Below, piece by piece: positions 24,402-38,645 of a stretch of 64,000 nt of DNA (position 1 is its first letter; each line of letters begins with the position of its first letter). Both the position numbers and the translations under genes were made by a program. The stretch lies in assembly GCA_000182565.2 (NCBI GenBank), contig KQ257452.1; one strand, 5' to 3'. Under the pieces are notes generated by a model. That model saw only the letters and a program-made list of their open reading frames with translations, did not search any database and was not told the DNA's origin. The stretch comes from Spizellomyces punctatus DAOM BR117 (Eukaryota).

Positions 24402-26125
24402 TCAGGTATAAGCTACAGCCGACGGAGGCCTGATGAAGTTTTTGATCATGCCATCCTCCTTTTTGTCAAAGGTTGCATATGCCTTGGGAATGTCCTCAAA
24501 GGCGGGGCGATGAGTAATAATGAACGAAGGGTCGATTTGGCCTTTCTCGATGCGACCAAGAAGGTCTTTCCAGTACCGTTGGCACGGACATTGACCACCG
24601 CGGATTAAGATGGCTGTTGAATTGAATCAATATCAGGCACTGACAGTTTCATGCGGCAACGAGCTGTCAAGTAGGAGTGCAAGACTGCACACAACTTGCC
24701 TTTCTCCATCAATGCACCGATGGGGAAGTGGTTAGCGTATCCAACGTAATCCGCGATGAGACCGATCCTACCGTACTGTGTCACAATGTAATTAGGATAC
24801 TCTCTTTAGCTGGCTACTGCGAATTCATGAGAATACCTTGCGACAAGACCTGATGATTTCCTCCAAGATATCGACTGCATCAGTTTCTGCCTTGATGGTC
24901 CTTTCAACTTTATGGACCAACGTCTTGGAGTAGCGGAAACCCGTCGCATCAATGCAGGCATCCGGACCGCCTGCAAATAAAAGCAGATTAGCAGCTTAAT
25001 AAAGTACAATTTGCGGGATGCACACCTACCTGGGAGCATTTTTTTCAAGGTTTCGACGACGTCAATGCCGTCTGGGTTGAGTGATTTAACACCAGGGTAG
25101 GACTCGGCCATCTTTCGCCGCGCTTCGACAGTTTCCACCACAACAACACTGGAAGCACCCCGAATCATAGCCCATCTAAAAAATGATAAGCCTCAGTGTG
25201 CCTTTATCTAAAGAGGATTTGTTGTAGCACATCACATGAGATACCTTGCAGAGAATTGACCAATGGGTCCGCCTCCCTGGTATCGTCGATATTATTACCC
25301 ACACCAATTTTTCTTTTATATCAATGAACACTTACCCAAATTGCGACTTTATCGTCCTTACCAACTTGAGCGCATTCGTTGGCGTACCAGCTTGTGCAGG
25401 CAATATCCGATAAGAATAAAACTTTCTCGTCCGGAAGACTATCGGGAACGGGAAGGGTATTGATGTCGGCGAAAGGAACTCTGACGTATTCAGCCTGTCC
25501 ACCGGGGTAGCCTCTAAAAATCGGCAGGTGAAAGCACACAAATGAGCAAAACAAATAATCCAATTCCACCCTGCTTGGAACACTATCTCACCCAGTCAAG
25601 TGCGAGTATCCAAATATCCCGGAAAGCCTATACCCGTACATTTTCTCCATCGTTACAGAGTCATTTGTTGTATCACATCCCGTAAATTCGCCCCGTTTGC
25701 AATAGTCGCATGTCCCACAAGCAATGTCAAAGCAAACCACAACGCGCTGTCCTTTCTTGCGATCTTTGACCTGATCGCCGACATCCTCGATAATCCCCAT
25801 GAATTCGTGACCGAGAATATCGCCTTTCATCATCTCGGGAATCTCATTGTGATAGAGGTGTAAATCGCTTCCGCAAATAGTGGTGGCTGTTACACGGATC
25901 AGTGCATCCTTGGGATGAGTGACCATTGGACGAGGCACGGTCTAACATCATGGAGAACATATCAATCTTGTCGTGCTGTCCCATTTGAAGATCGTTCGCC
26001 GATATTTGTGAGCTTACCTCCACTCGAACGTCACAGGTTCCATAAAATACGTTAGCCTTCATTGTCCTGGTCGGGTCCCACTTGGGCATGATGGGAGTAG
26101 AAGTCTTGATTCGTTGTTCAGACAT
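24402..26125 (-). CDS. Zn-dependent medium-chain alcohol dehydrogenase (glutathione-dependent formaldehyde dehydrogenase-like); multi-exon
   Basis: Motifs TTICGSDLHLYH, ILGHEFMG, structural Zn site [56 protein letters not shown] and HFPIGALMEK. Confidence 0.92.
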
Positions 26126-26816
26126 GATGGATAAACGTCACAAAGCAAAAGTAGAAAGTAAAGGCAGGCAAATGAGTTTGATCAATGGAAAAAAGTAGCA
26201 GTGGTTTTCAATGGAGGGCTCCAAAGACGTTGATGCGTTTAAATCAAGTGTGGGGAATGTTGCATCCAACTTGGTTTTAGTTTTGTCACGATATAAATTC
26301 TCAGCGAGCAAGCCCTCAGATCGTTCTCACCAGATACTGCCTGATCCCGAGATTACATGCGTAGGCATCATTAGAAAAGCCTCACAGGGTCCAGGTAAAA
26401 GAGCAAACAGGGGGAACGATCAATGAATCCTGTAGAATTTGGGTTGTCTTTGAGTGTGGGGAATGTACGTAAAGAAATGCCGTTTGCAAGCATTCCGCAA
26501 GCGCCTTCGAATGGAAGATGACACCTGTTGCGCGCAACTGACACTTTCTGACAATCACAGATTCAGAACTCGTTCACAAGGGTTCACTCTTAGCAGCGAC
26601 AATGTCTTTTGTCAAAAGAAAACGTAAACAATTCAAACAATGTACTATGTAGGGTAAAAAGTTGAAATCGTACACAAATATAACAATACAAGGAAGGAAA
26701 CAAAAGGAATAAGACAAGAAAAGAAGGAATTTCACACATCTCACAGTCCCGCAAAAAAAAAAAGTACTACCACAATCTACAAGTTTCAGACTGCTAACTT
26801 TTCTCCAGAATAACTA

Positions 26817-29060
26817 TCAGCTGACAGAACTTCCAAATATTCGATGGGCATTCTCACAATGACATGTATTCATGTCCAAATCGAGTAGGTAACAAATGAA
26901 CGTTGCGTCAACGCTACAGAATGAGTGTTAGCAAGGTCACCCTTGCGAAAACCATCCCTCCCACATCACTTACGTATTTTGCACTACGTGTCCTAGCACT
27001 TGGACCACGTAGAATGGTATAACGGTACCGACACCACCAACAACATATGCAAATGGACTACCTAGTCCGCGCGATGCGAAAAAGAAAGTCACAACGCCAC
27101 ATCCTAGGGCAATGGTGGCAGTGCCCATGAGTAGTATCAATCGGGTGACCGTGGAAGTAACTAGACCCAATATCAAGTTTCGACGGAATATGCGAGTGGT
27201 TCGGTAGGATGACACGCAGAAGGAGTCCCCACTCAATCCAACATATACTAGCGCGTATGAGGATACGTTGTCGGCTAATTGACCCCAACAATCCAAGCAG
27301 CTCGTTAGGAACGCGTGTATGGCGCTGTTATTCGACGAACGCTACAGTAAAGAGATTGGTCAAGTGCCTTTGTATGTTGCTACATGAAAGCCAGACTTAC
27401 TCCGCGAGCTAACCGGGTTATAAATTGCATCGTTTGAATTATTCCAAGGATGAGAGATGCAAAGGCGATGCTACCAAATGACTTTGTGATGGCGGCCTTG
27501 AAATTCTTCAACGTTCGATCGGTAGAAAGAGCCCCTTCAGGTCTACTTCCAAATGCATGTTAATTGCTACACAACGACACAGCCACGTATATATTGCTGA
27601 CCTTTGGAAGTACCATTCGCCAACAACTCCGGCAATAGTGACTTTTTCCACATTCTTAAAAATGGCCGATGTCCAGAAATACATTAACGTAAAGAATCCA
27701 GCAACCCAGCCAGTTCCGTTTGCCATGTGCCATCGCACCACGCCTGTGTTAACAAGGTTGCCTGTTGAGTGCCATGAGTGCTGCAGGAGATAAAATACAC
27801 AATGCCTACCGGACGGATCGGTTTCCTTAAGTCCTCGAAGAAACAAGTGACTAAATAAGAACATCCAGGCGACAGCAAAGAGCATATACGTCGCAGTCAA
27901 AAGCACCGATACGACGAAAATTCCCGGATTCGTTCGGAGTATATCGCACGACAGCTGTCCAATTCACCGTTGATTATCAGTCTGGAACATCATGGAGTGC
28001 AAAGTGCAACTATTTCCTCACCTGAAGGATATGGATAGTTTGTTCAATCTCTTGCCGGCGATTGAATAGGAAGGTCGCCGAGGCGATACCGCCCATCAAA
28101 AAGCTTGTAGCAAGTACGATCATCCCATCGTATTGCACTCCAAGGTATGGGGCATCATGGGCCTTTCCAAGAATCGAGTTTGTAAGAGTCGCGGCAAAGA
28201 ACCCGAGACACGTTACAGGTATTGCCAGAATGGTTATCACGACCACAGGCTACAGAAGGATCCCATCACAACTGTTGGTGCTTGGCTCTATCACGAGAAA
28301 CATGACAAACTGCAGGAGACTCACCCTAACAAACGACCTCAACAAACTTAGCCAAGCAGCGCCGACGAGTACGGCCACGCCGGTAATCGCCGTCAGTAAC
28401 CCTAAATTTAGCATACAATCTAAGTACATCTTTGCGGGTTGTCAACATGAGAGTATGCAGACATACCGGCAGAGTCCCTAATGGTAGTGTAAATAGGTCG
28501 GGGGAAAATAGAATCCAATCGTGCGTTCTGCAATCATTCACCACGGTCAATTTCATGGTAAGATATTAAGATGAGTGGGCATTCGCCGTACCTTTGTAGT
28601 AAAGAGAACCACAATCCCAGTTATTAACATTGTTATCAACGCAATACTGTATAAAACAGCAAATGGGATATCGCGATATCCTCTATTTCCAACATCAATG
28701 TACAACGGGACATCCTAAAGTCCGAGAAATCAGCACTGAGCACAAAATGAATCTCCTACGCATTTCACCGACCTCGTCCACTGGAAGTAGCTTTTCAAAA
28801 AGGGGATTCAAACCACTTGGTGGTTGCGGAATTTCCGCTCCAGGTACAGGTTCGGCATACGGGCTCGATAGAAAGCTGCCTCCCAATCCTGGCCGTTTGG
28901 GTTTCGACTTCAACTCATTCTCAACAACCATTCCCCCCGCCACAGGACTACCATATCGTGAAAATTCAATGGATTCCTCATCGTCTTCTTCCCCAGAATG
29001 AAACGAGGCGAAAGGAGGTGCCGAAAGAGGAATATAAGCCGCTCTCGACGGCTTTGTCAT
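26817..29060 (-). CDS. Choline transporter-like (CTL/SLC44, PNS1 family) membrane protein; multi-exon
   Basis: Many TM segments; motifs YRDIPFAVLY, WTSAIFKNVEKVTIAGVVGEWYF, AITKSFGSIAFASL, SYALVYVGLSGDSFCVSS and VDATFICYLLD. Confidence 0.85.
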
Positions 29061-30061
29061 TCGAAGTCAGGAAACTTGTCGCAAGGCTGTAACTCTCGTT
29101 CTGCTTTTATTTCTTTTAACAAGTTATGCAGAATAACATGAGGCGCCGTCCTATTCCTCCGTGGGCACAGCGGGGAAACTGGTAATGCAAAAACTTGGTC
29201 AAGCTATCCAAAAGTGGCTCAGCGAAATTAAAACTTGATGATGAGAAAGCCGGGGGCTTGAGCGTAAAGCGAATAATAGAGTTTTGCTTGATAAAACGAA
29301 AGGGTTACGAGCGTATTTTACAGATTTTAGCTGGCTTGGTTAATGAGTAAATGGGCACCTTGGAAAATGGCGAACAAAAGGACTGCGAAGGGCCCCTGCG
29401 CAATGGATGATGATAAGTCAAATCGCGTCACGAGGCCCATCACGTAATCCAAACAAACTGACGTTTTGCAATCTCCTCGGTTGGCCTCATGTCCCATAGC
29501 GATATAGTGAACGATATAGTGAAGGTAAAGAATAAACTAGCGGAGAGCAGGTGGGGCCTGCCGTACATACATTGGTATGCCCCTTATTGCTATGTTAAGT
29601 AGCGTATATGGAAGACTGCATACGTAGGTGTGATGAGGAAACCATTGGCTGGATGTTGAGACTGTGGGGTTCAGGCAAGCTTTCAGCTCCCTAGCAAGTG
29701 ACTTGGATCTGTATACAAAAAGTAATATCCATTGTCTATGCTCGCTTCCCACATTTTTCGGGTCCTTCTCCTGTTGAAGACGATACTGTATCGTAAGTGC
29801 TGTAAGGGAAATGTATAAAACCAGAAAGCCTGGAAGCGGCAAGGACGAAAGTGTAACTATCCAATATAAAGAAAAACTTAACCAAAAACAGTACAATTAC
29901 GATACGGTAAATACGAAAATTACATGTGAAATAGAGCTCAGAGTACGGTGTTCCTCCAGCCTATGAAAGGTTGGATGCATCTGATCCATGAAATCACTCT
30001 GCACTCTACGATAAACTTCTGATTTTTTCCACCCACCAATAATGAGCCAATCATAACGACT

Positions 30062-33000
30062 TCATTCTACCACCTTGCCCTTGCCTTTTGCATCTTCCTC
30101 ATAGCCAAACGGGTGCTGTGGCAGAGTTCCTGGTTCGTACTCTTGTGTTGGCCACTCGTTGGGCTGTTGTCGTTGAAGGGGGATACCATCGCCCTCTGCA
30201 TTTCCATCCGTACCGGCACTTTTCGAAGCAGCTGAAGGTTCAGGATGAGAAAATAGTGATGGCGTCGATAGCATAGACTCCACAGGTGGTGCACTGGTAT
30301 TTTGCCCAGCCTGCCCACCCGTCTCCGCCTCGTCTGCAACTTTTTCATCCATTTCAGCAACACCAACTCCCATTTCTTTGTTCTTCTCGGCCATTTCAAT
30401 TAAGCCAGGAAGCTCTTTCTCTTTCTCTCCGACAACCAATCGGGGAATGCTAACGTGGTAAACCCCAATGCCAATGTGCTGGCGATGCTTTGGAGGCTCG
30501 AAACGAAGTCGAAACACTGCAAGCTCTGGAGTTGCGATTTTCTCGTCTACCACTGGATCACCGCTTTCCTGGCGTGTAATCCAGGAGGCAGGGACCACCT
30601 CATCGATCTCGCACCAGTTACGCCGAGCCATAATTTTACGGTGTCCCTTTTTGTTAGGATGGCCATCAACGTCGTGCTGGAAAATATGCACAAGTCCTTC
30701 GGTCGTATTTGGTACATTCAGCACCGGTTTACGAGAAGACGACCATTGGAACAATTTCAACACAATCTTTGGTGGTGGAATATTCCCAATAGCGGAGGAT
30801 ACAATGTTGTACATTAATCTGTCAAGGAAGAGCAACGTCAGGATGTGCATACAAAGTGATACTCGTAGGGGCTGCTGACCTTGGATCCTGCAGCGGTGGA
30901 ATTTCGTATACATGCTTCGTGTCCCGTTTTAAATTCGCTTGAGTCCTAAACTGGGCGATGGCAGCACAGTGTACATCGCCGGCAATGATGGTAACACGAA
31001 TAGANNNNNNNNNNNNNNNNNNNNNNNNNNNNNNNNNNNNNNNNNNNNNNNNNNNNNNNNNNNNNNNNNNNNNNNNNNNNNNNNNNNNNNNNNNNNNNNN
31101 NNNNNNNNNNNNNNNNNNNNNNNNNNNNNNNNNNNNNNNNNNNNNNNNNNNNNNNNNNNNNNNNNNNNNNNNNNNNNNNNNNNNNNNNNNNNNNNNNNNN
31201 NNNNNNNNNNNNNNNNNNNNNNNNNNNNNNNNNNNNNNNNNNNNNNNNNNNNNNNNNNNNNNNNNNNNNNNNNNNNNNNNNNNNNNNNNNNNNNNNNNNN
31301 NNNNNNNNNNNNNNNNNNNNNNNNNNNNNNNNNNNNNNNNNNNNNNNNNNNNNNNNNNNNNNNNNNNNNNNNAATCTTGCTGAACAGCTCCATAACCTTT
31401 TCGGTGACACCGAGTACAGGAAACGAGACAGGAACACCGGCAGCAAAAATCAAATGTTCCACTGTTGGGGGCAACGAAGGCAAGTACTCCTCAAATAGCA
31501 TATCCCAAGTTTTAGGATCGCAAACGCGAGTTTTTTTACGTTCAAAGCGACCGTCACTGCCAAAGATGGCTGTCCGTGGACCCATAAGCCGAAGGAAATT
31601 GTAGCCAGTAGATCCTCCCCATAGCCCTTCATCTCGAGCTCGCAGCGTGGTGGTATGGTGTTGGAACAGAAGGTAGAACCGGAGAGCAATCTTCCCAATA
31701 GCTTGAAAGACAGGACACTGTTGTAATGGATCAGGGTAAGCTACAAAACAATAAGTGGAACGGGTCAAAAAAACTGAGAGCACAATTGCAGCAATCGCAA
31801 GACTGGTCTTACATCCAAATCCGCTACAATCAGACAAGAACAAGATTCAATCAGATGTCAACAGTTTGCATCGTCATGCCAAAGAAACAAAAAGCTCTTG
31901 CTTACTCAAAAATATCATGATCATCCACAATGTTAATGCTGGGGATCGCGGCCATGGCATCCCCCACCACCGGCTGCGAGAAGTGAGCGAGATAGTGCAT
32001 CAAGTAATATCTAAACGTCTGTTTAGATCACAAAGCCAAAGACGAATGATTAATCGCGATTAGTACCGTTCAACTTCAATTTGCATCTCCACGGTGAACT
32101 GGTAGGATTCACGTTCAACGCTATTAGTAATATCCAGCCATTGGCGAAGACTTTGGCAATGGAAAAAGAAATCGTCTTGATATATCTGGTTTGAATGAGA
32201 TGAACATATCAATCAGAGATGTGTGAAGGTGTCTACGATGCGTCTCTTGATATCGCAATTACCTGATCCCCACATCCAACCATTAAATGTAGCGGTCGTT
32301 TCTTATGAACCGCCAACTTATCCCGCCAAAGGGGTCGCACGCCATCGAACTTTTCCTCCGGATTCTTCGTGTCCGTTCCAAATCCGTTGCAAGAGTAGAA
32401 TGCCCAATGCCAAGGTTCGTCTCTGGCAGCTACATAAAACTCGTAGGCTGTGCCGCCAGATATTGTTGAATCTACTCCTTCCGTTGTACCGTTTCCCTGT
32501 GAGCTCGACGCCTCTTGCGGGTCAACCGTGTAGGTAACTTTTTGACTTCGGCCAGAGCTAACACGTGGCTCCCCAGTTTCTATACCTTGCTGCTTCAAGT
32601 GCCGTGCTTGTGGATCACCTACTTCTGTGGCATCAAGAAGGGGCTCTGAAGGTGCGTTTTCAAGCGATATTTGCAAATCGTAGCGGACAGCAGAGTAACC
32701 TGTTCCGCTAATGTCTTCATCGAGGATGACGGGATCTACCCATCGTCCGCCGTCTAGTTTGGAATGAACATGAATGCGAGGAGGAGTACGGGACATGTGA
32801 TGCACGTATAGAATATTTCCAAGCCACACGTTCTTGTCCAAATCAACGTTGTGAAAGTTCAGGAATGGTCCATATAAGGGCTTGAGGGGTGCAGGCGGTG
32901 GAACTTTCTTCTTGTGATCCGTTCCCTCAGATACGTCTTTATCTTTGTTGCTTGCATTTTTCTGGCCGCTGTTTTGTTCGGGGTGAGCGAGCTGGTCGAG

Positions 33001-33327
33001 CTCGACGGTTTGTCCATCTTCCAAATGAAAGGCGATCTCGACATTGTCAGTTCCACCCACTTCCTTTTTGGCATCTTGTAGCGCTGCGAGCATATCATGA
33101 CATGCTTGAACACCCAGGTCTCCCCCTCGGTTCAGTCGTGCTCGACGGTGTGTGATATTCCTTTCACGAAAGAAACCTACACACGGGTTGCATGACACTG
33201 CCTTGTGGCTTTGGACCGCGATCTCTGAAGCTGGGGCGTGAGTATGAACCCCACTATGTGGCCTATGTGTGTCGTCCCTGGATACTGCCGGGTGCGTTGC
33301 GTTGGACATGGCGGATGGACAGGACAC
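30062..33327 (-). CDS. Fungal PhoD-like phosphatase-domain protein, interrupted by an assembly gap
   Basis: Motifs YGPFLNF, WAFYSCNGF, PLWRDKLAVHKKRPLHLMVGCGDQ-IYQD, NIVDDHDI, FYLLFQHHTT, AGDVHCA, MYNIVSSAIGN and MARRNWC. Start could be 33327 or 33309. Confidence 0.8.
31005..31372. other. Assembly gap (368 N)
   Basis: Run of N inside the PhoD-like gene. Confidence 1.
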
Positions 33328-34932
33328 AAAATGGATGGCAGGCTGAACGGACTTTGAACTTTCGCGCCTTGAACTGGGCGGGACTCAGGTTGCGTCATCA
33401 GCTGTCACATGTTTAACAGCGCTCACCCTGCAGGGCTTTTGGACGACTTATTTGCCAACGTGCATGGCAAAGACTTCTGCTACAAATTGCTTGGCAGAAA
33501 ATACGGGATCTACCAAAGCTGTCACTCCATCAGCGGCGGTGTGCATCTTTACTGTTGAGATGGATCATGAAGGCATCGCATTGTTCTGTTGGTGATCACT
33601 CATTTACCAGATCTGGAGCGACTGTGCTGCAGACAGAGTGTGAGTAGCGATTATCCATCATCCTTCAACTTGCACATTGCCTGGATTTGGTATGATTGCT
33701 TTACTAGTAGAAAAGTATTAGTATCGATAGCGGTCGAGTGGAATGTTGAACACATTATTATGCATTACCTAAATTTGGTATCGGTGTCGAAGATGCCAAA
33801 AGGTTGCGTCCAAATTGCGATATGGTCAGCTCAGGTATCGGGCAGCATCAAGCCAGTTTTGGCTCTTGGCTGACCATGTTTCAAGACCATATGCTATCCC
33901 AAATCCTACAAATCTGTTCAAACGATGGCTTCGCTATAGAGGCTTTCCATCACATCAAAATGTTGTGCTTGCTGTAGGTATGCTTCGGATTTCCCGTTCA
34001 TAATCCATGTCGCTTCTATAACGGTTCCTTTCTGGTGCTACTCCGTCTCTGTCGTGAGGTCTGGAATGAATCTAAATGCTTTGCACAGTCTCGGCAACCA
34101 TTCATGGTTTCTGCTTTAGCCTTTATCTCTATCCGCTGCATAAAACTATAACAAATCAATGAAATCTTGATGGTTTCGGGACGCCTTTTTGGTCAGTTGT
34201 ATGCAGGATGTGGATCCGCACTGATCAAAATCGCTGAAGCGCCGTGGAGCGCCATGATCCAGGATGCATCTCTTATTCCTGTGCCTGGGAGACCACTTCA
34301 TTTGCAACTATGCAACGATAGCAAACTTGGAGTTACAGTATGGCTACGAGAGACCTAGAAAGTCCTCCTGGTTGCCGCAGAGCTATAAAGTCGCTCACTG
34401 TATGCGTCTGGTAGCCTATAAGCATCAGGCTTTTCGAAACTGGTTCTGAATGCGGGCATGACTGAAAAGCACCTTGCAGCACCAGTAAAACCATTCAAGG
34501 TGGATGAGATTGCACTTGGGTCTAAACCGCGATAGTGTCCGGGTATGACCACGGAATCATTCCCGTTCACGAGATAGGAGCGATCCAACGAAAATCCAGT
34601 ATTCAGATGCCATAGCCTCTCACATTTCTCATCCAAAAGCTCACTTTTCCCACCTAATTGTAACATTGCAAGGTAATGCAAGCTCGTACACAGCACAACT
34701 GTCGCCGGTAACTTTCGTCAACTCAACATACGTAAGCTTCCCGCAAATCACACTAAAGGGGACAGAAAATAGTTACAATTCTGTAATTTATTATTATAAA
34801 CCAATATTTCGTGCAGTCAAGTAAAAGCGCATTAAACCACCGAGGGATCAGCCTGTTCTGTATACACAAACCACGTGTGGACTTCTAACGGACATGGCTA
34901 ATTTACAAACTATTCGAAACTGTGCAAAGTAT

Positions 34933-36135
34933 CTAAACAGCGAGGGCAAACAGGGCGGCCACGCCCACCAGTAATCCAGCTGCCACTTTGTTAACCATCA
35001 CCTGTTCGCCAGCACTTTTGGCACTCGCAGCTATGGGTGAACCGGAGGTAGGGGAAGGCGAGGCTGGGCTGCTTGCGGTCGAGGTCGAAACCGAGGTAGG
35101 AGTCGCCGAGGGTGCTGTCGATGTAGATGAAGTGGGAGTAGTTCCATTACCGCGATAAAAGGGCTGGTTCAGGCAAGTCCCAACGGGCATCATTTTGAGT
35201 GGAAAGTTGGCACCGGCAGCTTTCACCTCGTTAAGAACGTTTATCGCGATGCCGCTTGTGAATGGACTAATGTCGTGTTCAAGACTAATAAAACTCTTTT
35301 GAGCGGTGAACCACGTCTTGACGGTGTCTACAATCTTTTGCGAAGTGGCGGGAGATGCATCTGTTTGATCAGCATCAGTCGAGTCTCGGACCGGAGTGGT
35401 CGTCCAGAGAGTGGTAGAGTAGCCCAATGCCGTGGCAATGGCACGGATCCGGTCATCAACGTCACCACAGGGCGGACGCCAAAAGATCGGAAGACTACCG
35501 GTAGCGTTGTAGATCATGGCCTCAGTGTACTTTATTTCCGCAACAAATTGAGCGTTGGTGAGGGAAGTGGCGGGATAATGCGTCCAGGTGTGGACTCCAA
35601 TCTGATGACCTTCAGCAAACGATTTTTTAATCTCTTCTGGATTCTGTAATCCATTGGCGCCAACGATAAAGAAAGTAGCTTTGAGCTTCATGGCATCTAG
35701 TGCTGCCCTGAGCGAGGGAGTATCATTCTGGTTTTGTCCATTTACCACGTTGACGGTTGGACCATCATCGTATGTCAGGCCCCACACGTTATCCCCGGGG
35801 CAGCTAACGACATCAGCCTTAAAACCCGCCGTGTCATTTGTTCTCACGCAAAGATTGTTTGGCCAGTAGCAGTTTGTAGCGGCTGTGTCGGCAGGGTATG
35901 TTGCAACGCATGGAGACTTGTATTGTGACGGAGGAATGTTCAAGTACTGAGGGGGAACAGTTGCCTGCACGTAGGCGAGGGCGGTTGTAACGAGAGGATC
36001 CTTTAGGAAATTTTCGGGAATGGGACTTGCTTCATCTGTTGGCGGCCAGGCTGCCGGCATGGGAGGTGGTAAGGGGAGATCGGCGGCAATCGCCGTTGCT
36101 GCAAGCAGGATGAGAGAAGCAACTTGAGGAAGCAT
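34933..36135 (-). CDS. Chitin/polysaccharide deacetylase (CE4), secreted, probably GPI-anchored; intronless
   Basis: Signal peptide MLPQVASLILLAATAIA; NodB motifs LTYDDGP, HTWTH, FWRPPCG, DSTD and ISLEH; Ser/Thr-rich linker; hydrophobic C-terminus. Confidence 0.92.
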   Translation of the reverse strand: MLPQVASLILLAATAIAADLPLPPPMPAAWPPTDEASPIPENFLKDPLVTTALAYVQATVPPQYLNIPPSQYKSPCVATYPADTAATNCYWPNNLCVRTNDTAGFKADVVSCPGDNVWGLTYDDGPTVNVVNGQNQNDTPSLRAALDAMKLKATFFIVGANGLQNPEEIKKSFAEGHQIGVHTWTHYPATSLTNAQFVAEIKYTEAMIYNATGSLPIFWRPPCGDVDDRIRAIATALGYSTTLWTTTPVRDSTDADQTDASPATSQKIVDTVKTWFTAQKSFISLEHDISPFTSGIAINVLNEVKAAGANFPLKMMPVGTCLNQPFYRGNGTTPTSSTSTAPSATPTSVSTSTASSPASPSPTSGSPIAASAKSAGEQVMVNKVAAGLLVGVAALFALAV

Positions 36136-38645
36136 GGTTAGATCAATGAACGTTCAACCTGCAGCTTGCCGCGTCGGGGAGGGAACAAGTGGGGGAGGAG
36201 ATAAAGGACGGGGGAGTGGGGCAAGTCGGCTGGTTCTCTTTTAAAAGAAAAAAAGCCTTGGGTCAAAACCAGCAGCGGGCTGAACATTTCTGGTGGGCTC
36301 AGGAACGCGGAGTGTTCCTTTTTGGAAAGATCTTTTGGATATTTAGAATATTTTATTCGTGGTTTGCCAATATTAGGTAATTAAAGAACATGTGGCGGTA
36401 CAAATTTCCGCGAGGCTAAGCACTTTGTCTCCCATCTCACAGCGCCTCCGTGACTCTGCCACTGCGGTTGTGGGGCGAAGGAAGAAAGGCACGGGAGCAC
36501 AGCCACAAAGGAAACAGGACGGAGAGAGGAGGTGTTCTATAAAGGATTGGGCGTTGTTTGTCCATGGCTGATTTCCATGGCTGCTGCACAGTTTCCCTTC
36601 TTCCGCCCCTCTCAAGGCCATGCTGCAAATTGATGGGGCGATTCCCCTTACAAAAGAACATTCAACGGATCTCTGCGCGAGGGTACCCGAACGCATTCCA
36701 GGCGTTGGAGTAGAGAGCATTGTTTTGCGGGGTGAAAAGGCCATCGTACTCGAGACCATACGCGCTTTAGATGAGCGTTTCAATCGTGAAACGTTGAGGG
36801 AGTAGCGCAATGTTTGTCCACAATGGTTACGGAGGATGATGGTTGCTGTGATCGACGCATGCCGTACACTGTGACAAGGGCCACACATTCCATTTATTTT
36901 TCCTCCACATTACAATCGTCCTTAGTTGCACGGTTGCGCCGTTCCTACCAACCGGGTTTTTGATTACCTCAAGCATGGCAAGGGAAACACCGCGTTGTTC
37001 ATAGTAGCTGTCAAGATGGTAGGGTGATGGATTTGTTCATACAGCGTAGCATGTCTTATCTGAAGAACAACGGTGGGATCTACCACTTCTACCGTGTTAA
37101 TCTTTTATGCCACACTGCAACTGAGATTTGAACCATCAATTAACGTGACTGAACACATGTAGACAGTGACCGCGCCCATTTAATTGAATTCATGCATTGG
37201 AACCTACATATTGGGTTACTCCAGCGTGTAGGAGTGGTAGCGCGTCGCAGTCAGTCAGTGCGTAAGTCCAAGGCATAAGAAGGCCGCATAGACACGTTTA
37301 CACAGTCTTCCGCACATTACAGAGTTGGCGTTGCCTCTGCCCATGGCATCCTTTTGCGCTACCTCCGCGGATGCTCAGCTTTATAGTGCAAAATGATCAT
37401 GAGGTATGGCAAGGCATATGAGCCAATGACCAGTGTAAAAACCCAAAGTTGCCGATCACACATTACAAGTTTGCAACCATCCCTGGGCATCGCCGAGTTG
37501 TGTGGCCACAGGTGATTTTATTCAATAGGCAGTCCATTAACCCAAAAATGTAAGGCGGAAATGAAACGCGGGATAATTGCTTCCGGAATTTTGCCGGCAC
37601 ATGGTTTGCCACACGTCATTTAAGCTTTGGCTTTTGGTACTGGTAAATTATTTGAGACCAGTTTCCGGTTTGCTTGGAACAAGATGGGGTTGACATGCGA
37701 ATTGGGAATATTAGTTCCGGTTAACAATAGCACAGGGTGTGGTTGGTTATCACATTTTAAAGCTTTGTAGCGTCAGAATGAAATGATTTGACTCATTGAA
37801 TATGATCTGAATATGGGTATCAATGAAATGAAAGAAGCCAGATTAACAATATGCTGCATGAGATTGTTGCTGGCCATCGCATGCTGTGTACTGTTCCCCG
37901 GGGGACAATACAATACTCCACTGTTGTATAATGCATCTTTGATCAAGAAACTCGAGAAAGAGAACTGCATGCAGAAATTGAACATGGCAAGGGGCATTGA
38001 GGAAAAACAGATCTTGGAGTACCGATCCTACTTCTATCGTGGAGCCAAAAGCTATGGAGCTAGTGTCAAAAAGAGCAAGCGGCGGTGAAAAAGATCCGAG
38101 GGAACACAGCCCGGGCAGACCCGCATGAGTGTTGCAGTATCACATGTGCGAGTGATATCCAGACGATACACACAAACTACCCACTAGTGTTTTTCACATG
38201 TGCTTTACAGACAACATCTCATTTCCAGAATGACCCTGTAACTCAGCCAACGACTCAATGGAAAAAAGGAGGGTCAGGAGCGTGTGCACTGAAAAACCCA
38301 GGGTTGTATTCACCCAAACAGCCTAAAAATAGTATAGTTGCGAAAAAATCATTAACCTAAACCTGTGTTCCGATTGATAAAATTCCCCCACGTAAGCGTA
38401 TGGAATTTCTGTGTCCGGGGCTATCGTAATTCATGGCAAGATTGTGGAAGAGTTTTTGTTTGTTTGGTGAAGTTACTGATTTGTATGATTGCCACAATGC
38501 ATCAAAGCCCGTTCAACAAGCACAACGTACCCGTATGGTCGCTCGGGCATTTATATGGGTGCTTAAAAGGGCAGATAGGCACGAAATATAATCGCCATTT
38601 CTCTCGGCTTCACCCATAGAGTCCCCAAACACAAAATCCTCCGAT

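Noticed and set aside
29500-29523. 12-bp tandem duplication CGATATAGTGAA
   Set aside because: Ordinary intergenic slippage with no other evidence of function.
30929-31843. ORFs containing long X runs
   Set aside because: Artefacts of the 368-N gap; the real coding parts belong to the PhoD-like gene.
33540-34740. Short ORFs between the PhoD-like gene and the deacetylase
   Set aside because: No motifs or consistent exon chain; cannot be supported as a gene.
37813-38088. 91-aa ORF upstream of the megasynthase as a possible pathway partner
   Set aside because: No recognisable motif or convincing gene structure.
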